64,000 nucleotides of DNA from Candidatus Poribacteria bacterium (GTDB lineage: Bacteria; Poribacteria; WGA-4E; WGA-3G). The stretch lies in assembly GCA_009841255.1 (NCBI GenBank), contig VXMD01000030.1:27148-91147 (forward strand), read 5' to 3'. Under the pieces are notes generated by a model. The model ran no database searches, was not told the origin of the DNA, and saw only the letters and a program-made list of their open reading frames with translations. How positions within the stretch are numbered: position 1 is the first letter of the stretch; every line of letters starts with the position of its first letter. The position numbers and the translations under genes were made by a program. Below, piece after piece: positions 58,213 through 64,000 of the stretch.

Positions 58213-58450
58213 TCCTTTTTAAGTTTCCTTGCGGGTCGCTCAGATAGGTTGGAACTTGAAAGTCTTTCTCCGTACATCCGCCCTCCATTTCATTACGGGC
58301 TATATGCCTTGGAGGTGAGGTTTACCATCCCGTCCTCTGATTACCGACGACTGACCGCCATTCTAATTTTACTTTGCGGGTCGATCAAGTCGGTTAGAGA
58401 CCTTCACGTCCCTCTCCGTAGAGCCGCCTGCGCCGTTGTTGTAGGCTTCT
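58213..58450 (-). repeat. Two tandem leader-repeat units
   Basis: Unit A reads tcctttttaagtttccttgcgggtcgctcag ... atccgccctccatttcattacgggctat. Unit B reads attctaattttactttgcgggtcgatcaag ... agagccgcctgcgccgttgttgtaggc. Confidence 0.8.
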
Positions 58451-58473
58451 ATCTTCGTCTGGATAAGGTCTGC

Positions 58474-59226
58474 TTATACTTGCGACCCGTCTTCTCGTTC
58501 TGCGAGCCCAAGTGCAATCGCCTTCTGTGCCCGCTGAACGTTCTCAAACCGGGAACCCGACTTTTGAAAAACGCTACTGGTTCCGCCGACCAAGATATCT
58601 GCACCCGCAGATACCATTTTGGGGATATTCTCAAAACTCACGTTGCCGTCCACCTCAATAGGTAGATCGACACCGCGCTCGTTGAAAAAAGCACGACATT
58701 CGGCGATTTTTCGGAGCGTCGCTGGTACTAACTTCTGTCCTGCAAACCCTGGATTCACCGTCATAATCAGTACAAAGTCAAGGCGTTCCAGAACATAAGC
58801 CACTGCGGAGAGCGGTGTTGCTGGGTTGAGAGCTGCCCCTGCCTTGATTCCGTGTGCTTGAATCAGAGATAACGTCCTATCAAGATGCGTTGCTGACTCA
58901 ACGTGAACGGCTATCTGTTGAACACCCATCTCAGCGACCGCATCGACAAAGAAGTCGTTGTTTTCTACCATGAGGTGAATGTCAAAAGCACAGTCTGTCT
59001 TTGGGCGTAATTGTTGAATAAGTGCAAGTCCGATCGGCATATTCGGAACAAAATGGGCGTCCATTAAATCAAAATGCAGCATGTTAATACCAGCCGCTTC
59101 CAATTCCCGAATATCGGCTTCCAAGTTGCATAGATCCGCGCACATCACGGATGGCGCAATGCGGATATCGGTCCCTGAAAACGCTGTATTCACAACAGAC
59201 AAGATAGCACTCCCAACTCTGCACAA
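58474..59226 (-). CDS. Ribulose-phosphate 3-epimerase family protein
   Basis: IAPSVMCADL, HFDLMDAHFVPN, MTVNPGFAGQKL. The start is uncertain (TTG 59226, or a GTG about 30 nt downstream). Confidence 0.8.
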   Translation of the reverse strand: MCRVGSAILSVVNTAFSGTDIRIAPSVMCADLCNLEADIRELEAAGINMLHFDLMDAHFVPNMPIGLALIQQLRPKTDCAFDIHLMVENNDFFVDAVAEMGVQQIAVHVESATHLDRTLSLIQAHGIKAGAALNPATPLSAVAYVLERLDFVLIMTVNPGFAGQKLVPATLRKIAECRAFFNERGVDLPIEVDGNVSFENIPKMVSAGADILVGGTSSVFQKSGSRFENVQRAQKAIALGLAEREDGSQV

Positions 59227-59307
59227 GCGTATAGAGGCTTGTGGGACAATGTGAGGCAGAAATTACTGTGCTTTTCCTAAGGTAAGCTTGTATACGAAAT
59301 CGTTAAT

Positions 59308-59336
59308 AGTATAGCACAAAACGCAAAATTTGTCAA
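59308..59336 (-). promoter_or_regulatory. Sigma70-type promoter of the epimerase gene
   Basis: Minus strand reads TTGACA-17 nt-TATACT. Confidence 0.55.
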
Positions 59337-59356
59337 ATTTTGAATGGCGTGCAAGA

Positions 59357-60421
59357 TCAGACACGCGACAAAACCTGGCGAACCTGTGAATCCAAATCTG
59401 GGGGAGGATCAAAAGGCAACTCAATCGGCTTGTGAGAAATCGCACTCGCATAGATGCCTAAAATCGCATTGAACTGGTGCAATGCAAGTTTTAGGTTTGT
59501 TTCGACCGGACGGGTGTCGTCTTCAATCCAGTCGAACATCGCCTGCGTCAGATTGGCTTGCGCGAGGTCGTTTTTTGCGCGCCAAGAATCGGGGGTTTGC
59601 ACGCCGTTCTCGGTGAATCGAGCGGTGACGATTTCCCATCCATTGAATTCCTCAAAGAGGACGTGTCCGTTCTCACCATAGGCGGCAACGCGACAGTGCT
59701 TGTAGATGGTATCGTCGTCTATGACGCGTGGGGAGGTAAAGCCGGTGTTCCAGAATCCGTGAACCCCGTTTTCAAACACGACCTGACACGACGATGTATC
59801 GGGAGCGGGGTAGTCGCTATCAAATGACTCAGCACCGCTCGCAGTGCCAAAGACCCTCACAATGGGTGAATCGTTGTTCAGGGACATCGCCCAGTCAATG
59901 ATATGCGTGCCTTGGGCGGTGAGGTTCATACCACACGAAAAATCTAAAAGGCGAATCTTTCCCAATTCGCCACTCTCTACTGTCTTTCGACAAGTGGCGA
60001 AGTCGGGATGCCACCGGTACTGTTTGCCGACCCCGAATTTTGTGGAGGTCTGCGCCTCTAATTCGCATAGAAAACGCCAATCCTCGACCCCGCAGGCAAT
60101 CGGTTTCTCAACGAGGCACGCCGGAACACCCAGTTCTGATACCATTGGCATCAGTTCACGCCACTGGTCGGGCATTGCGACGAGGTGAACTAAGTCAGGC
60201 TGTTCTGTGCGGAGCATTTGTTCGGCATCTGCATAGCCGGTAATCCCGAAGGTTTCGGCGAATTTCTCACGTCGAGCGATATCCGAACGGTTGGCGCACG
60301 CGACTAATTTGGCACTCGAAACGTGTTGATAGGCGTTTGCATGACCGTAGGCTCTGCCCCCGCAGCCAATGATCGCACTTCTTTTAGTCTTACCTTGCGG
60401 TTCGATTCGGTGCGTTTTCAT
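59357..60421 (-). CDS. Gfo/Idh/MocA family oxidoreductase
   Basis: Rossmann SAIIGCGGRAYGHANAY. ATG 60421 directly follows a leader repeat. Residues 6-13 (EPQGKTKR) are encoded by a second, in-frame leader-like copy (ccgcaaggtaagactaaaag). Confidence 0.8.
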   Translation of the reverse strand: MKTHRIEPQGKTKRSAIIGCGGRAYGHANAYQHVSSAKLVACANRSDIARREKFAETFGITGYADAEQMLRTEQPDLVHLVAMPDQWRELMPMVSELGVPACLVEKPIACGVEDWRFLCELEAQTSTKFGVGKQYRWHPDFATCRKTVESGELGKIRLLDFSCGMNLTAQGTHIIDWAMSLNNDSPIVRVFGTASGAESFDSDYPAPDTSSCQVVFENGVHGFWNTGFTSPRVIDDDTIYKHCRVAAYGENGHVLFEEFNGWEIVTARFTENGVQTPDSWRAKNDLAQANLTQAMFDWIEDDTRPVETNLKLALHQFNAILGIYASAISHKPIELPFDPPPDLDSQVRQVLSRV

Positions 60422-60515
60422 CTTTTTAATGATTCCTTGCGGAGAAATCAAGTGGGTTAAAAACTATCAAGGACATCTCTTAAATCCGCCCTCCACTTCG
60501 TTACGGGCTACGCGT
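60422..60515 (-). repeat. Leader repeat
   Basis: The plus strand reads ctttttaatgattccttgcggagaaatcaag ... atccgccctccacttcgttacgggctac. Confidence 0.85.
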
Positions 60516-60521
60516 CTTTCT

Positions 60522-61355
60522 CTACCTTTTTAGGCGTGCCCACACTGTCGTCAAACGCCCTTCTGGTGATACAGGCGTAAATCCAAAGAGTTTCCCAAGC
60601 CCCTCGTTCATGATGTCATTGATATCGGCTTCACTTAATGCGGTGTTGAAAACAGCAACATCGTCCATGAGCCCCCATGCGGGTCGCTGATCGACCATAC
60701 CCCCAATCTGAAGCGATTGTCCCGTCAATCCAAAAACACCACCGGTATTGGCTTGTGCATCCACTTTGCCATCTACATAGGCAATCATCTTCTTTCCATC
60801 GTAAGTGAAAGCGATGTGATGCCATTTATCGTCGTTGACGAGCGTTGGACCTGCAACCCACGCTGGTGCGAGCTGTCCACTGCCGATTTCAACTTTACCG
60901 TGACCGCCACCGCGTCCGGGTCCAAATATGTTCAGTAGACACGTATATTTGAAATTAATGATGGCGTGGTCGTCGTTACAGCAACCGCCCAGGACGACTT
61001 TCTCTTTTTTCTGGAGTTTCACCCACGTCGTCGTGGTATATGTCTCAGCACAACTGTCCAAACTCTTTGAAGCCTCGACCATCGCGACTTGGAATTTGTT
61101 ATCACCGGAGAGACTTAAAGCTTTGTCGAATTTCCCATCATCTACCAATTCGGCACCTTTCAGCAATTCAGCATCGTTGCCATTCTCTGTAGAATCCGGA
61201 GAAATATCTTTGTTATTGACCTCATCAAAAAGCCATACGCCAACGATGCTCTTTGTATCAATCGCCGCGTCACTCACAGACACAAATATCGCCGAAACAG
61301 CTATTAAACAAACCATCCGCAGAATAAATAGTTTTCGCACAACAATTTTCTCCAT
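60522..61355 (-). CDS. Secreted LamG/concanavalin-like domain protein with C-terminal TTVW tail
   Basis: Signal peptide. VGVWLFDE..NGNDAEL.GAELVDDGKFDKALSLSG and WHHIAFTYDGKKMIAYVDG. Ends PVSPEGRLTTVWARLKR. Confidence 0.75.
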   Translation of the reverse strand: MEKIVVRKLFILRMVCLIAVSAIFVSVSDAAIDTKSIVGVWLFDEVNNKDISPDSTENGNDAELLKGAELVDDGKFDKALSLSGDNKFQVAMVEASKSLDSCAETYTTTTWVKLQKKEKVVLGGCCNDDHAIINFKYTCLLNIFGPGRGGGHGKVEIGSGQLAPAWVAGPTLVNDDKWHHIAFTYDGKKMIAYVDGKVDAQANTGGVFGLTGQSLQIGGMVDQRPAWGLMDDVAVFNTALSEADINDIMNEGLGKLFGFTPVSPEGRLTTVWARLKR

Positions 61356-61833
61356 CGTTCAAAATATCCACTATTTTACTTTAAGGGGTCGAAGATGTCA
61401 ATAGAAAAACGTGAGTTGTTTTGTAATCAGTTGATGCCGTTTGGAAATCATGAGCTATGGGGTGCACTCACACTTCTTCTAATTGCTCGCGGTGTGACGC
61501 TGACGGTGTTGGCACCGAAATATCTGTTTAGATCAAGTGGTTCCTGATATCAGTGCTGAAAAATGAAGCGATGGAAACGCGTATAGGGGCGGAAAATGAA
61601 AATTTCATAGTAAGCATTTTAGCAAGTGGCTTTGTAACCCTTGCTAAACCCAGTAGCGGTGTAGGGTTAGCACCGTTTGGAGAACATTACATTTTTTTGC
61701 GTTTATTATGAAGTTTTGAAATTGGGGTTTGCTCCGACCGCTTGAAAACCCTGTCATGACGTGGGTTTATAGCTTGTTTGGAAAATGAGTCGTTTTTTGG
61801 AGTTACTATGAAATTTATGAAACTATTGTTTTG

Positions 61834-61907
61834 TTGAATTATACATAACATATTGATATAATTTGTTTTGGAATTCACTTGACAGCCGGTTAAGCTTGTG
61901 TTATAAT
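61834..61907 (+). promoter_or_regulatory. Two tandem near-consensus sigma70 promoters
   Basis: P1 is TTGAAT-17-TATAAT (61834..61862). P2 is TTGACA-17-TATAAT (61879..61907). Confidence 0.6.
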
Positions 61908-61920
61908 CATAATGTCCGTC

Positions 61921-61982
61921 GGTGGGCATCGTCAAACGTTGCTACCCAACACTGTCTGCCCACCTCCCACTTTGACGAGGTG
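61921..61982 (+). promoter_or_regulatory. Structured 5' leader with interleaved (pseudoknot-type) and mutually exclusive pairings
   Basis: GGUGGGCA (61921) pairs with UGCCCACC (61957), and CGUCAAA (61930) pairs with UUUGACG (61971). An alternative hairpin CACCUC (61961)/GAGGUG (61977) is possible. It is followed by AAGGAGG and ATG 62052. Confidence 0.4.
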
Positions 61983-62051
61983 ATAAGAAACGGATCACGG
62001 ATACACCATAAAAAAATGAAAGGAATAATTAATAGATTTTAAGGAGGAACG

Positions 62052-62234
62052 ATGTCAAGAGACAGACGGAATGAAAGATATTGGACCCAATTTGTTGACT
62101 ACCTAAGCGAGCAAGGGAGCCAACTTCAAACAGGAGAGGCATATAACAAGTCCTATCTAAACTTCGGGATAGGGACCGGATTCGTTGTGCGTGCGATCGC
62201 GAGGGAAAATATGAATATAGTACAAAATTTTTGA
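62052..62234 (+). CDS. Short ORF resembling the N-terminal part of DUF4268 proteins (probable fragment)
   Basis: Strong SD AAGGAGG. RYWTQFVDYL resembles the DUF4268 N-terminus. At 60 aa it is under half the usual length. Confidence 0.35.
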   Translation: MSRDRRNERYWTQFVDYLSEQGSQLQTGEAYNKSYLNFGIGTGFVVRAIARENMNIVQNF

Positions 62235-62252
62235 GATAATACCCTTTATGAA

Positions 62253-62750
62253 ATGGATAACCTGCTTGTCCTTCGCGGAATGAATAGTGAGCAGGTGGAT
62301 CTTATCGCGACCGATCCGCCATTCAATACCAAGCGAAATCGTAGTGGAACAGCGGGGCATCATGTTGACAAGTGGAAATACGGGGATACAGGCAAACTGC
62401 CCGACCAGTGGAAACGGAACGAAGTACGCCCAAAATGGCTTGAGACTATTCAAGACGGAAACTCCGAGCTCTACCAAGTTATTGAATCTAAAAGAGTTGT
62501 TCAAGGTGAAGACACCGCAGCCTTCCTTTGTTTCCTGAGTGTCCGACTACTTGAAATGCCCCGTATCCTTAAAGATACCGGTTCTATTTACCTACACTGT
62601 GACCACACTGCCAACGGCTATATTCGAATGGCAATGGAGGCTATCTTTGGAAAGAAGAACTTTATTAACGAAATCGTGTGGCTTAGAAAAGATGGTGAAA
62701 AGCAACCCTTTACGAGACTTGCCGAAATGAAAGTCCAATCCTTTAGCTGA
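62253..62750 (+). pseudogene. N4/N6 DNA methyltransferase (DPPF, beta-class order), 3'-truncated
   Basis: VDLIATDPPFN (motif IV) and SIYLHCD are present, but the C-terminal AdoMet-binding FxGxG motif is absent. The ORF ends ~85 nt before the left end of the adjacent IS. Confidence 0.55.
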
Positions 62751-62835
62751 ATCAACGGTATGAAGGTTTCCTTATGGCATTCCCCGGGGATGAAATTTCG
62801 CCCTTTTGGAAAGGACCAAAACGCTGAAAAAAGAG

Positions 62836-64000
62836 TTGACATTCGGTCCAAAATTGTGATATAATTGATACTATCACACTGGCAGACATACGAAGCATTG
62901 TCGCTTGACAATGTGTCTGCCGTCCCACTTCGTAGGGGATAAAGGTGTGATGTGTGATATACCATGAAAACCTACAAATATCCGCTTTATGATCAATTGA
63001 GTTGTATTCGGCTTGGTAACTTGCTTGACGATATGTGGCAAGTGCATGAATACTTCCACAAGTGGCAACGTCAACGCTATAAAGACGGACTGCCGTATGC
63101 GGGTTATGAGGCAATGTGCCTGCGCGTAACCGAGTTGAAACGCACCACGCACCCACATTGGAAAGCGTTGCCGAGTCAAGCGATCCAAGAGGAACTCAAA
63201 AGGACTCACTTGGCGTATGAGCGTTTTTTCAAGAAACTTGGCGGTAGACCCAAGATTAAAAAACGGCATAGGTTCAAGTCCTTCACATTGAAACAAACGG
63301 GCTGGTCTCTGAAAGAGAATCGCTTCACCCTCAATTTCAGAAAGTGGGAAAAGGGTAAATGGCGACATAACAAAGTCGCTTATACGTTCCATAAACACCG
63401 TAAGTTTTATGGGAATATCAGTCGTATCACGATAAAACGTGATGCCTGTGGTGATTATTGGCTTTATCTCATAACTGACTTTGTAGAAACGAAACCGCTG
63501 CCAACGACGGGTCAAAGTGTCGGGGCAGACTTCGGTATGAAAGACGCCTATTTGACGCTCAGCACGGGTGAGAAGAAACAGCACCCGCAACCTTTGAAAC
63601 ACTCCTTGAACGCACTTCGGTCTCTCAACAAAGCATTGAGTCGTAAGCAAAAAGGTTCTAACGGGTGGTGGCGGTGTGTTCGGCAAATCGCACGCCTCTA
63701 TCGGAAAATATCGAACCAACGCAAAGACTTTCACTGGCAACTCGCCTCTGAACTTTGTAAGCGGTTCGATACAATCGCCATTGAAACCTTGAACCTTGAC
63801 GGCATGAAACGGTTGTGGGGGCGTAAGGTCTCTGACCTTGCGTTCTATCAGTTTGTTGAGATATTGAAGTATAAGTGCCTCAAACATGGGCGTAAGTTGT
63901 TCCAGGTCGGTCGGTGGACTGCTACAACAAAACCATGTAGCAACTGCGGATTTCATAACGAAACTCTAACTCTCAACGATAGGCAGTGGACATGTTCTGA
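62836..64000 (+). mobile_element. IS200/IS605-family element (TnpB only visible), runs off the right edge
   Basis: Left-end promoter TTGACA-18-TATAAT (TGn-extended), subterminal hairpin ggcagaca..cattgtc-gct-tgacaatg..tgtctgcc (62884..62922), then tnpB. No tnpA was seen. Confidence 0.7.
62964..64000 (+). CDS. tnpB: TnpB (RuvC-like RNA-guided nuclease), 3'-partial at window edge
   Basis: Not in the ORF track because no stop lies inside the window. My translation reads MKTYKYPLYDQLSCIRLGNLLDDMWQVHEYFHKW.. with GADFGMKD (RuvC-I), IAIETLNLDGMK (RuvC-II) and TKPCSNCGFHNE (Zn finger). Confidence 0.85.
   Translation, partial: MKTYKYPLYDQLSCIRLGNLLDDMWQVHEYFHKWQRQRYKDGLPYAGYEAMCLRVTELKRTTHPHWKALPSQAIQEELKRTHLAYERFFKKLGGRPKIKKRHRFKSFTLKQTGWSLKENRFTLNFRKWEKGKWRHNKVAYTFHKHRKFYGNISRITIKRDACGDYWLYLITDFVETKPLPTTGQSVGADFGMKDAYLTLSTGEKKQHPQPLKHSLNALRSLNKALSRKQKGSNGWWRCVRQIARLYRKISNQRKDFHWQLASELCKRFDTIAIETLNLDGMKRLWGRKVSDLAFYQFVEILKYKCLKHGRKLFQVGRWTATTKPCSNCGFHNETLTLNDRQWTCS

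Noticed and set aside
55942-60421. Dehydrogenase/epimerase/oxidoreductase cluster as a single operon
   Set aside because: Every intergenic gap carries its own leader repeat or a consensus promoter (59308..59336). A single polycistronic unit is therefore not supported from sequence alone, and the pathway assignment (polyol/pentose catabolism) remains generic.
61687-61935. 82-aa minus-strand ORF in the AT-rich spacer
   Set aside because: It overlaps two plus-strand consensus promoters. It has a low-complexity Asn/Ile-rich translation and no SD.
62874-63956. 360-aa ORF on the minus strand
   Set aside because: It lies entirely antisense to the TnpB reading frame, which has clear RuvC/Zn-finger motifs. 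It has no recognisable motifs and is an antisense shadow ORF.
1-64000. rRNA genes, CRISPR arrays, prophage or integrase/att sites
   Set aside because: None were seen on either strand. The only RNA gene that could be folded with confidence is tRNA-Arg(CCU) at 55342..55414, and it has no adjacent integrase.

Overview
This 64-kb window looks like chromosomal DNA from an uncultivated heterotrophic bacterium. The gene content includes PhyH/TauD dioxygenases, enolase-superfamily enzymes, Gfo/Idh/MocA and MDR dehydrogenases, pectate lyase, a GH32-like enzyme, an FGE-sulfatase fusion, and many LamG/Kelch/PD40/discoidin secreted proteins. That mix is reminiscent of Poribacteria or PVC-like lineages, but this is only a guess.

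Most of the window is housekeeping or catabolic: a 5'-partial EF-G, miaA, mnmA, secDF, apt, tRNA-Arg(CCU), a sigma54 activator, ABC and ABC-2 transporter genes, and a sugar-alcohol/pentose-type cluster.

There is one clear accessory island at about 14.0-23.2 kb. It holds a near-leaderless, translationally coupled DUF488-DUF488-RecQ operon, in which the RecQ carries an unassigned N-terminal domain and two HRDC domains. It also holds hicBA, a two-gene nuclease-methylase plus HsdS restriction-modification module with no HsdR, and an internally deleted IS200/IS605 (TnpB) remnant. A second decayed patch at 61.8-64.0 kb has a DUF4268-like fragment, a truncated DPPF methyltransferase, and a TnpB gene that runs off the window.

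Four further observations stand out:
- Five signal-peptide proteins share a short C-terminal tail, P-V-[DSE]-P-x2-3-[KR]-L-T-T-[TV]-W-[GA]-x-[IL]-K.
- A mosaic family of intergenic repeats supplies the last ~20-40 nt before the start codon (CCGCAAGGAATAATTAAAAA-ATG) of at least eight genes.
- A compact unit at 40.38-40.71 kb has a perfect TTGACA-17-TATAAT promoter, two 84-nt tandem repeats, and a strand-specific terminator. It could be a structured ncRNA or a leaderless 58-aa ORF.
- A pseudoknot-capable leader sits behind tandem consensus promoters at 61.83-61.98 kb.

No rRNA genes, CRISPR arrays or prophage were seen. All family assignments come from reading motifs by eye; no database search was run.
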